The translations under genes were made by a program, and so were the position numbers. From Sphyrna mokarran (lineage: Eukaryota), in contig JAGIQG010000017.1 in NCBI GenBank assembly GCA_024679065.1, positions 4,278,001 through 4,342,000 of the forward strand: a DNA stretch of 64,000 nt, read 5' to 3'. Position 1 is the first letter of the stretch. Each line of letters begins with the position of its first letter. The notes under the pieces are model-generated. The model was not told the origin of the DNA. It worked only from the letters and a program-made list of their open reading frames with translations, and ran no database searches. Below, piece after piece: positions 24,101-36,100 of the stretch.

Positions 24101-27100
24101 CAACGAGCCTGCCCCGCCATTCAATAAGATCATGGCTGATGTGAAGTGGATCCGTTCCATTTACCCGCCTGCTCCCCATAACCCTTAATTTCTTTATTGA
24201 TCAGAAATCTATCTACCTGTGACTTAAACATATTCAACGAGGTGGCCTCCACCACTTCAATGGGCAGAGAATTCCAGAGATTCACTACCCTCTGAGAGAA
24301 GTTGTTCCTCCTCAACTCTGTTCTAAACCGACCCTCCTTTATTTTGAGGCTGTGCCGTCTAGTTCTGGTTTCCTTTCTAAGAGGAAAGAATCTCTCTACC
24401 CTATCCAGCCCCTTCCTTATCTTATATGTCTCTATAAGATCCCACCTCAGCCTTCTAAACTCCAACAAGTACAGGCCCAATCTACTCAATCTCTCCTCAT
24501 AAGCTAACCCTCTCATCTCCAGACAAAGGCAACAGGTGCATGTGAACACCACCACCTGGCTTAGAAATGTATCAGCTGTCCCTTCACTATCACTGGGTCA
24601 AAATCCTGGAATTCCCTTTCTAACAGCGCTGTGGGTGTACCTACAGGATATCCCACCAGCAAGCACCAAAGTGACCGTGAAGAAAGCAAAGCCGAATGAA
24701 GTCAGGAAAGGTAGAAAATATTGTGACGTTAATCCTTATAGTGTGGATGTTGGAACAGACAGAAACTAAACAGAATCAAAAAGTGAATAACCAAAGGAAG
24801 GATGTGTATTTAGACTGCACAGACCGCAGCAGCTCAAGAAGACAGTTCCCCATCAGCTTCTGTAGTTGACAAGTCTCCAGAGCTTTGCTGCAAAACTCTC
24901 CAAAATCTGTGTGTAGGTCCAGATGTCTTTTGAAATTTCCTGTGGAATCTATTTGCATCTAATTTTCAGGTTGTGGATTTTAAAATTCTCTGATAGGAAA
25001 AAATTCTTATCTCCCTTCTGAGCCTTTGCTAATTACTGCTCAATTTGTAGCTGCCTCCATCCAGCTCTAAACCCTCCTCAATCCCAGCTCTCTGACCCTC
25101 AATCCCAGCTCTCTAATTCCCAGCCCCAGCTTTCTGCCCCCCAATCCAAACTCCAAATCCCCCCAACTCTAATTCCAAATCCCCTCCAATCCCAGCTTCC
25201 TGCTCCTCCAACCCCAGCTCCCAGCCCCCCCAAAATCCAGATTCATAGATCAGCGTCCATCCCCCAGCTCCCAAACCCAGCTCTGTGCCTCCTGCCATTG
25301 TCAGCTTTACATTCTCCATGCAAAACAACATTGAAAACAAATGGTTGCAGTTCCTGTCAATGGTCAGGATGCACTCCATCACGTGGCAGTGGTCCGGGCA
25401 CACTTTGCCACATCGCAGTTGACGTTAGCTGATCTTTCCTTTCTTTATCTCATTTTGACAGAAGCCTGGCTGAGTGGATTGACAGTGTACATTGTCCAAG
25501 CAGGAATTGGTAAGGCTCGGACAGAAATCTTTCAGAAGCAGGTCATACAGAATGGTGGGGAAGTTAGCCTTGCTTTCTCCCCTGCCGTTACCCATGTGAT
25601 CATTGATGATGGAATGGATTGTGAGCGTGCCTTTCGCCTCCTGAAGCTGGAGGTGCTGCCTCCCAGTGTCCAGCTTGTGCGATCAACGTGGCTCAGTTTG
25701 TGCATTACAGCGAGGAGAGTCCTGAGCACTGCAGGTTACAGCGTCTTCATCCCAGACAGATACTTGCCACCTGAACAGTGGGCCAAGATTCAAGTATCAG
25801 CAGGTGAGGGTCAGCAAGGGAGCACAGAGACCAACTGTCAATCAGGGACACACACAAAGGCCCAATTGAATTGTACAGAGGCAATAAAAACAATTACTGA
25901 GCAGCCAAGAGAGACCACACCGGAGGAAAAGAGTGAAATAGTACAAGCTGCAACAGCACAGGTACAGTAACTCTCATTTCTCCCACCCTCTTCTCGAACC
26001 CCTTTGGCTCTTCAGTTCTCCTCGATCTCTTCAAACCTTCAATTCTGATCTCTTGTCCATCCCCAATTTTAATCTTCACACCATTGGCGGACATGTCTTC
26101 AGCTGCCTGGGTGCCGAGATCCAGAATTCCCTTCCAAAATCTCTCCACCTCTTCATCTCTTTCCTTTAAGATGCTTCTTAAATCTCTCTCTTTGACCAAA
26201 CTTTTGGCCTCCTGTTTAGAATACTTGATGTCAAGCTGTGTCTGATAACCATTCTGAGGCATTTCGGGAAGCTTTACTACCTTAAAGGTGCTAGACAAAT
26301 GTAAATTGTTGTTGTCCATTTTCACTTTGGAGAATTCTCCAGCATTTCCACCTGTACATTCTTCACCAGTTAGTGGCACCTAGCCTGAGGCCAGGCTTGT
26401 CCTCAGCCTTTCAGAGTGGGAACCAGATTTCTGGAATGAGAATCAATGCATTCAGGTTATCCCCAGAGTGGGAATCCGTATTCTTGGAGGGATTAACTAG
26501 GACTCTTGACTGATTCCCAGCTCCTCTTGCTCTGCTGTGGCCAGTTATTGGAGCACAGTTACTGTTCTGCAATGATCATTTATTTCACCCGCTGTCATTG
26601 GGAGGTGGGGATCAAGTCGGGTTGCATTGCATCAGGGTCAACCTGGAGAAGCAGAGATATGGGGAGGCACTAGTGATCTTTAGAAGAGATTAGAAGTGTG
26701 TCCAGTGGCACTCAAGCATTGCATTAATCCGATGCTCTTGATAAGATTCTACATGAAGTACTGATAATAACCTGTCTTTGGGAGTGCAGTTTGCCCATTC
26801 TAAGCCGCTATTAAACAAAATACCTGCCTACTGTCCCCTTTGCCTTTATGTCACTGAGGCATAAGGAGATGAAAATGTCCCTCGTGGTACACAGTGTCAG
26901 GTGTGTCTCAGTGGGTAACACCTTTGCTCTTGAATCAGAACAATCAATTTGAGTCCCATTCCAGAAATCTGATCTCTTTGACACTTCCATTGCAGTACTG
27001 AGGGAACACAATAACATTGGATGGCAATACCGAGGGAGTGCCGCATTGTCAGAGGGTCAGTGCCGCGCTGCATTGTCAGAGGGTCAGTGCCGCGCTGCAT

Positions 27101-30100
27101 TGTCAGAGGGTCAGTGCCGCGCTGCATTGTCAGAGGGTCAGTGCCGCACTTCATTGTCAGAGGGCCAGTGCCGAGAGAGTGCCACGCTGCATTGTCAGAG
27201 GGCCAGTGCCGAGGGAGTGCCGCACTGCATTGTCAGAGGGCCAGTGCCGAGGGAATGCCACACTGCATTGTCAGAGGGCCAGTGCCGAGGCAGTGCCGCA
27301 CTGCATTGTCAGAGGGCTAGTGCCTAGGGAGTGCCGCACTGCATTGCCGGAGGATCAGTGCCGAGGGAGTGTTATGTTTGATCTGAGACATTAAACTAAG
27401 GCCGCTTGTATCCTGTTCAGTGCCAATGTTTAGAAGAAGAGTGGATGACTTGTCGGGATGCTGAGCAATTTTTGTTAACAAACATAACTAAAACAGATTC
27501 CTTGGTCAAGATGGTTTTGCTATTTGTGCAATCTTGCTGCTAGGCAAATTGACTTCTGTATTTCCTACGTGACAACAGTTCCTGTACTTTTAAACATATT
27601 TCACTTTATGGTGAAGCTTTTTTGATTGTCCTGATGTTGTGAAAGGTGCTATAGAAATACAAGTCTTTATTACACATTTACAAACTGAACCTGTGAGGAG
27701 TGGTGGGAGAAGGCTGTGTGTAAATGTGGTGGGTTGATAGAATATTCACTCCTTTCACTGAGTGTTGTTCATGGTGTCTCCTTAGTTATCTGAAGATGAA
27801 GGTGGAAGTGGTGCTGAAGATGATGGAGTGTCTGAACAAGACCTGCAAGCGCTGATCACTGGGGGCAGCCATTCTCCTAGTCTGTCTGGTCCACGTGAGC
27901 CCACCATCAGTAGCAAGTGGGTGTGTGCCCAATCATCTGACTGCAAAAAGCAAAACTACAACAAAGCCATCACAGATAAGCTGGAGATGTTGGCGGCTGC
28001 ATACACACATCAAGGTGACAAGTGGAGAGCGCTGGGATATGCCAAAGCCATTAATGCCTTGAAAAGTTACCAGAAGCCAGTGTCTTCCTTTCAGGTAAAA
28101 TCTCAGCCTTTTCCTTCCTCTTCGTTCCCAAGTGGAGGGGCCTCCATTTGCAGTACACACTGAGGGTAGGTCTAACCTGAACGTCCCTACCCACTAGCAA
28201 ATTGACAGCATCCAGTATTGTGCACTTTTCCAGATTTTACCCTTCATTAATCTCATGTGAAAATGACTTGAATTGTCCCAATTCTGCTCTTTGACTGATT
28301 CCCTCTTAATGCTCGTGTCCACCTCAACCACTGGCCCCTGACATTGCCCAGGGGGCATCTTGGCATCACCTACCAAGGCATGCCAAGGATGGACCTAATG
28401 GGGTGAGTTAGGGTCTCTGTGGGGGAGATCAGTGGGCGGGTGGGGAGTAGGTCGATGCTGGCCCAGACATGTTTGGGTTTTGTGGTGGGGGGGGGGGGGG
28501 GGGGGGGGGGCAGCGATCAGGCCATTGTGGCAGTCTGTAAGCCAGCAATAGGTGGGGTCACAGGGCTTGCCAGAGATCAAGTAGGCCAGCGATTGGAAGG
28601 CCAACAGTGTGGGTACTGCGCATGCACCGATCCTGGTACTAGCAGATTGGCGCATGCGCAATGGCCCACTCAGCATTGCGTTGCTGGCCTCTCCAGCAGG
28701 AGTTGGCTCTGCCCCCTGCATTTTTGCGAGATTTAAACTAGGGCTCTGTGTGGGAGATTCACTTCGAAACTCCTGCTGAAGAAAACCAGCACTATTTACT
28801 CCAGTTTTTACATAAAATTGATGCTTAGAATTTTTTTGAGAGACCTCTATGTTCCATGCACTCCCTATATTCTGCACACTCTCCTTTTCTTCTCTCCTAT
28901 GTAATCTGTATATGGTAAGCTTTGTCTGTATAGCACACAAGAAACAATACTTTTCATATATGCCAATGCATGTGACAGTAATAATCAAAAACATCAATAT
29001 GTGACCTTGATATAATAAAATCCACTACACACATGGATGGAAAATGTTAAGAGCAAGCATTGCTGGGAGTGTATGTATATAGATCATTGAATCATTGCAA
29101 GGCAGGTCGAGAAAGTATTCGGGATCCTGGTTTTATTAATAGGGGCATAAAGTAAGCAAGCCAGGAAGTTCTGATAAATTTGTAAACACAGTTTCAGCCT
29201 TAGTGGGGTATTGTGTCCAGTTCTGGACACCATACTTGTGAAAGTATTAAAGAAGGCTCAGAAAAGATTCACGAGATGGTCTTTCAGTTACATGGACAGA
29301 TTGGAGAAGCTGGGACTCTTTTTCCCGGAGAAGTGAAGGTTTGAAGAAATTATGAGAGGTCTAGACAGAGTAGGCAGGGAGAAACTGTTCCCATTGGTGG
29401 AAGAATGGAGAAGCAGAGAGTGTCGACTTGAGGGGAATGAAACAACGGTATCATGAGGAGAAACCTTTTTACGCAGCAAGTGGAAACAGTTTCTCCCAAT
29501 CTGCTCTGTTAAAGCCTTTCAAAACCTCCATTAACCCCAATCTTCTCTGCCTTAAGCAGAACAGAGGTGATGGAGTCCGATAATGTGATTGAGCTAGTAA
29601 TCCAGCTACCCAGACCAATGACAAAGCTTGAGATGACAGAGCTTTGACAAAGGGTCATCTGGACTCAAAACATCAGCTCTTTTCTCTCCTTACAGATACT
29701 GCCAAACCTGCTGAGATTTTCCAGCATTTTCTCTTCTGGTTTCAGATTCAGCATCTGCAGAAATTTGCATTTACCCAGACTAATGCTCTGGAGACACAGG
29801 GTCAAACCTCACCATGACAACCAGTGAAATCTAAATTCAATTCATAAATCTGGAACCAAAAGTTAGTCTAAGCTTGTCCATTATCATAAAACCCTAACAA
29901 GTTCACAGATGTTGTTTAGGGAAGGAAATGGATGGCATGGTAACAAATGATTAGCACTCCTGCCTCACAGCTCCAGGGACCTGGGTTTGATTTCCAGTTT
30001 GGGTCAGTTTCTGTGTGGAGTTTGTATGTTCTCCCTGTGTCTGTCTGGGTCTCCTCTGGGTGCTCCGGTTTCCTCCCACAGTATGAAAGATGTGCATAAA

Positions 30101-33100
30101 TACGGGAATAAGGCAGAGGGGTTGGCCTGGGTGGGACGTTCTTTCAGAGAGTCAGTGCATGCTTGATGGACCAGATGGCTTCTACCTTCACTGTAGGGGT
30201 TCCATGGTTCTGTGATGGTGAGGGGAACCAACCTTGTGGGGATAAAGAATCACCTTCACATTGAGGATCTTGTTCTGTGGCATTAAATGGAATAGATTTC
30301 AAACACATCTAGTGCCTCAGTGCATCCATGAGGCACTGTGGACTATCAGCAGCAACTTTCTAAGGGTTACCATTGATCAGAATTCAACTGGACCAGCAAT
30401 ATATACACTATAGTTACAATAGCAGGTCAGAGGCTAGGAATCCTTCAGCAAATGACTCATCTCCTTACTTTCCAAAGTCTGTTCACCATTTAAAAGGCAC
30501 AAACCACGAGTGTGATGTAGTACTCCCCACTTGTTTCGGTGAGTGCAGTTCCAACAACACTCAACCAGCTGGATATTGTCCAAGACAAACAGTCTGTGTT
30601 ATTGTCATTCTCTTCATCACTGATGCATAGCGGTAATAGTGTGTACCATCTACAAGATGCTGGAACTCACCAAGGTCCCTTAGACAGCACCTTCCAAACC
30701 CACCACACCTAGAAGGACAGAGGCAGCTGACACATGGGAACACTACCACCTGCAACTTCCCCTAAAAGCCACACACCATCCTGACTTGGACATTTATCAC
30801 TGTTCCTTCACTATTGCTGGGTTAAAATCCTAGAATTCCTCCCTAACTGCACTTTTGTGTACCATATCACATGGACTGCGGTGGTTGAAGAAGGCCACGT
30901 TTTCAAGGGCAATTATGGATGAGCAATAAGTGCTGGTGAACATAAGAACATAAGAAGTAGGAGTAGGCTATCTAGCCCCTTGAGCCTGCTCTGCCATTCA
31001 ATAAGGTCACGGCTGATCTGATAGTGGTTCAGTTCCACTTACCCGCCCACCATAATCTTTAATTCCCTTATTGTTTAAAAAATCTATCTATCCGTAACTT
31101 AAACACATTTAACGAGGTAGCCTCTACTGCTTCAATGGGCAGAGAATTCCAAAAATTCATTACCCTCTGGGAGAAGAAGCTCCTCCTCAACTCTGTTCTA
31201 AATTGACTCCCCTGTATTTTGAGGCTGTGCCCCCTAGTTCTTGTTTCCATTCTATGTGGAAATAACCTCACTGCTTCTACCCTGTCTAGCTCTTCATTAT
31301 CTTATATGTCTCTCTAAGATCTCCCCTCAACCTTCTAAACTCCAATGAGTACAGACCCAGTCTACTCAATCCTTCTGGAATCAACCTGGTAAACCTTCTC
31401 TCTACCCCCTCCAAAGCTAATATAAACTTTCTTAAATAAGGGGACCAAAATTGTACATAGTATTCTAAATGCAGTCTTACCAGTATCTTGTACAACTGCA
31501 GGAAGACCTCCCTGCTTTTATACTCCATCCCTCTCACAATAAAGGCCAACATTCGATTTGCAATTATCTAGCCCACATTCCTGAACAAATACTTAAAACA
31601 ATCCTGTTTCTCCAATCTGTCCACATACCTGAAGTCCCTTATCCCTAGTATCATTCTAGTAAATCTCCTCACATTCTCTACAAGGCTGACAATCTTCCTG
31701 AAGAATGCCACCCAGAATTTGCCACAACCCTCTAGCTGAGTGTTGCATAAAGACTTAGCATAATTTCTTAATTTTGTACGCAATGTAGAAAATCCAGGAT
31801 TCTGTTTGCGGCTTTCAAAACTTAAAGACAGATTTGGTGTGTGTGTGTGTGTGTGTGAAATTACTGTGGAGTCTGATTTCCCATTGCCTTTCACAGGAAG
31901 CTTGCAAGATCCGTGGCATCGGAAAAGGCATGGCTGAAAAAATCAGAGAGATACTAGAAAGCGGGCACTTGCGCAGGCTGGACTACATCAGTGAGAGAGT
32001 GCCAGTGCTGGAACTCTTCTCCAACATCTGGGGAGCTGGTGTGAAGACAGCCCAGATGTGGTACCAACAGGTGGGATGCAGGTTGCGCAGTGTGGTATAT
32101 TCTGAGCAGATGCTTGAATTTACTGTTGTTGCTCTCATGGTCTCCTGTACCTAGTTTGACAGAGTTACAGTTGGCAAATTACAGAAAGCCATTTCCATGC
32201 TACTCCAAAACCTGGCATTTCTATACTACCCGGTCTTAACATGACAATGTTTCATACAGTGTAGATTGCTTTAAAATGAAATGATTGTAATGTAAATACA
32301 TAGCTTCCTTTATGAGGTGGACTGTTGTCTGGAAGTCCTGGAGCTTTCCAGTTTCAATAACAATTTTGTCCACTCCTACAAGCCTTTGGTTTTATTGGAA
32401 AACATTGCTGGTGTGTCATTCTGTGGCATGAAGTGACCGGGTTTGATTCTAATATTGCATTTGTTGATGAGACTTAAATAATTCCACCTCTTTGCTGGTA
32501 ATCTTTTCAATGTACTCACTCTTCTGATGCAAAGAAAGAAGTCTTGTAATGGTTCTGTACATTGCATTGTGAAACTTTAGCATTTTGGCATGTTTTACAG
32601 GGATTCAGAACCTTGGATGACGTTCGCATGAAAGCTAGTCTCACTAAGCAGCAGACCATTGGCCTCAAACACTACCACGATTTCCTAGACCGAATGTCCA
32701 GGGATGAGGCTGCAGAGATCGAAAAAACTGTGAGTACACTGTGCTTCTGTTTACAAGATTAGGCATCCTCTGGAGAGAGTCATTCGACCCATCTGCCCTG
32801 TGCGCTCTCCCTGAGAGACTGCAACCTCTGATACTCCCCACTCTCATTGTGGAAAGAGTTTGTGCTATGTTTGGGAATATGTGGACAAGATTAACTGGGA
32901 TTTTGGGATGTGGGTATAGGATTTGATGATCATAGAATCATACAGCACAGAAGAGCCCTTTGGCCCATCGAGTCTGCATCGACACATTAGGAAGATCTGA
33001 ACTCCCATCTAATCAGCCAGCACTTAGCCTATAGCCCTGAGTGTTATGATGTGAAGCACCAACCACCACCCTCCCAGGTAGCACATTCCAGACTGTCACC

Positions 33101-36100
33101 ACCTGCAGGGTAAAAATGTTTTTCCTCACATTCCACCATAAACTTCCTGTTCCTCACTTGAACCTATGTCCCCTCGTGACTGACCCTTGAACTAAGGGTC
33201 AGGTCGGTCCTCCATCATCATCTCAGAGCGGCTGGAACTCTTCTCAGCAGATGCTAAATTAGTCTTACATCCCATACTTCCAAATGATATTCTCCAGGTA
33301 GACATCCATGCCCTATAAACACCTTGATTTGATTTGATTTGATTTATTATTGTTACGTATATTAATGTACAGTTTCTTGCATGTTATACAAAGTATATGT
33401 TTATAGAGAAGGAAAGGAGAGAGTGCAAAATGTAGAATTACTGTCATGAAGTGTAGAGAAAGGCCAACTTAATGCAGAGTACATCTATTCAAAGTCTGAC
33501 AGCAGCAGGGAAGAAGGTGTCTTGAGTCTGTTGGTACATGACTTCAGACTTTTGCATCTTTTTCCTGACGGAAGAAGGTGAAAGAGAAATATGTCTAGGG
33601 GGCATGGGGTCCTTAATTATGCCAGCTGCTTTCCTGTGGCAGTGGGAAGTGTAGACAGATGGGATGCTGGCTTGCGTGATGGATTGAGCTATGTTCACAA
33701 CCTTTCGTAATTCCTTGCGGTCTTGGACAGAGCAGGAGCCATACCAAGCTGTAATACAACCAAAAAGAATGCTTTCTCTGGTGCATCTGTAAAAGTTGAT
33801 GAGAGTCATAGCTGACATGCCAAATTTCCTTAGTCTTCTGAGGACGTAGAGGCATCAGTGGGTTTTCTTAACTATAGTGTCAACGGGGGGTAGGGGGTGG
33901 AATCTGAAACTGTCGATCCTGCATACTTCGTCCCCATTGATGTTGACAGATGCATGCCCTCTATGACACTTCTTGAAACTAATGACAATCTTCTTCTTTT
34001 TGTTGACACTGAGGGAGAGATTATTGTCACACCAGTTTACCAGATTTCCCATTTTATTCCTGTCTCCTCATTGTTTGAGATCCTACCTACTATGGTGGTG
34101 TCATCAGCAAATTTGAGACTCAAATTGGAGGGGAATTTGGCCGCACAGTCATAAGTGTATAAGAAGTACAGTTGGGGGCTGAGAACACAACCTTGTGGGG
34201 CACCGGTGTTGAGGATGATGGTGGAGGAGGTGTTGTTGCTTGTCCTTACTACTTGTGATCTGTGGGTTTGGAAGTTTGGGATCCAGTCACAGAGGGAGAC
34301 CAAGGCCCAGGCCACGGAGTTTGGAAATGAGTTTCATAGGAATAATGATGTTGAAGGCTGAGTTGTCATCAATAAATAGGATCTAACGTAGGTGTCTTTA
34401 TTATTTAGGTGTTCTAGCGTTGAGTGTAGGGCCAGGGATATGGCATCTGCTGTAGACCTTTGCGGCAGTAAGCAAACTGTAATGGATCCAGGCAATCTAG
34501 GAGGCTGGAATTGATGCGTGCTGTGACTAACCTTTCAAAACACAACTTTGTACTCCTCTAGGATCTGTTCACTGGTCAATGGTTTTGTGTGCTGTGACAC
34601 ATTGTAAATCTCTGGCACATTTAAGGTTACCAGTCTAAGCTTTAAGCTTGTTCTCGCTAAGATGAGTGGTACAACAGCCTCAATTCTCACCAACTTTTAC
34701 AGATGCACCATAGAAAGCATTCTTTCAGGTTGTGTCATAGTTTGGTATGGCTCATGCTCTGCCCAAGACCATAAGAAACTACAAAAGGTGTGAATGTAGC
34801 CCAATCCATCACGCAAACCAGCCTCCCATCCATTCACTCTGCCTACACTTTCTACTGCCTCGGTAAAGCAACCATCCACGTGCTCCGGACATTCTCTCTC
34901 CCACCTTCTTCCATCAGGAAAAAATACAAAAGTCTGAGGTCGTGTACTGACCAATGCAGGAACAGGTTCTTCCCTGTTGCTCTCAGGCTTTTGAATGAAC
35001 TCCTCCTTAAGGCTGTCTTGACCGATCTGGTTTGTCCAATTGATATGTAGATTAAAATCCCCCATGATAATTGTTGTATCATTTCTACATGTATCAGTTA
35101 TTTCTTTGTTTGTTTCTCACCCCACCATGATGTCATTATTTGGTGGCCTTTTGATTACGTTTATCAGTGACTTTTTCTCCTTACTATTTCTAATTTCCAC
35201 CCAAATGGATTCAACCTTTTTGTAATGTATCTCCTGGTCTTTTTTGTCATGCATGTGCTCTAGAAATGTTTTCCAACCTCCATGTTTCTGCACACATCTA
35301 TTGCTTTTTTGGAAGTAAATTGCTCTTCTAGTAGACTCGCTCATACAGTTGGACCTCTCATGCCTAGTTCTATCTTTAATGAGATCATCTTTTAATTGCC
35401 CAAATTCACAGAATTCTGCGAGCTGTTTACAACATTTGCATATTGGTCAGTGGATTCTTTATCACTTTGAGATTTAGTGCTGAATACATAACATTCATAA
35501 GTTACATTCATTTAGAATTTAAAGTGTGCTGTTAAGACTTTCAAAATCTCCACAGTCTGTATTTTCTGTTATTGGATTGGCTTAAGGTGGAATAAAATTT
35601 GTAGCTGTTTTTCTCCAGCAGTGTTAAAAGTGTTGCTATTCATAGGAGCTCTGGCTTGTTAATTAGACTTGTTGCAAGTGGAACAGGATACCATTCCTGC
35701 TGCATATCTCCTTTAATTTCAACTGGAGCTGCTAGTAGGAAATTTACAGCCATGTTTGACTCACACCTTGTTTTACTTGCAGCCTTCAGCTGCCTAGGCC
35801 CCAAGCTATGGAATTCCCTCCCTAAACTGCTCTGCTCTCTACCTCACTCTCCTCCTCCAGACATTCCTTCAAATCTTTCTCTTTGACCAAGCATTTGGCC
35901 ATCTGTCCAAATCTTTCTTTCTGGCTCAGTGTCAAATGTTATTTGATACTGTCCCTGTGAAGTCTCTAGGGACTTGTTGCTGAGTTAGGATGCTATAGAA
36001 GTTCAAATTGGTGTTGTTAAAATGTTGTCATTGTTGCAGCATAAACAAATGTACCAATTCCTGCTTCAGAACTGGTTATACAAGAGCAGCTCAGAATCCA

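Noticed and set aside
25801-25809. CAG|GTGAGG as the donor of the POLL BRCT exon
   Set aside because: It is phase 1, incompatible with the phase-0 acceptor at 27786; at most a non-productive alternative donor.
26897-27394. Repetitive Cys/Arg-rich ORFs in several frames
   Set aside because: By-products of a stop-free GC-rich minisatellite.
28395-28997. 200-aa Pro-rich ORF and poly-G tract
   Set aside because: GC-rich repeat-like fragment plus a Rex1-type tail; no recognisable domain or splice structure.
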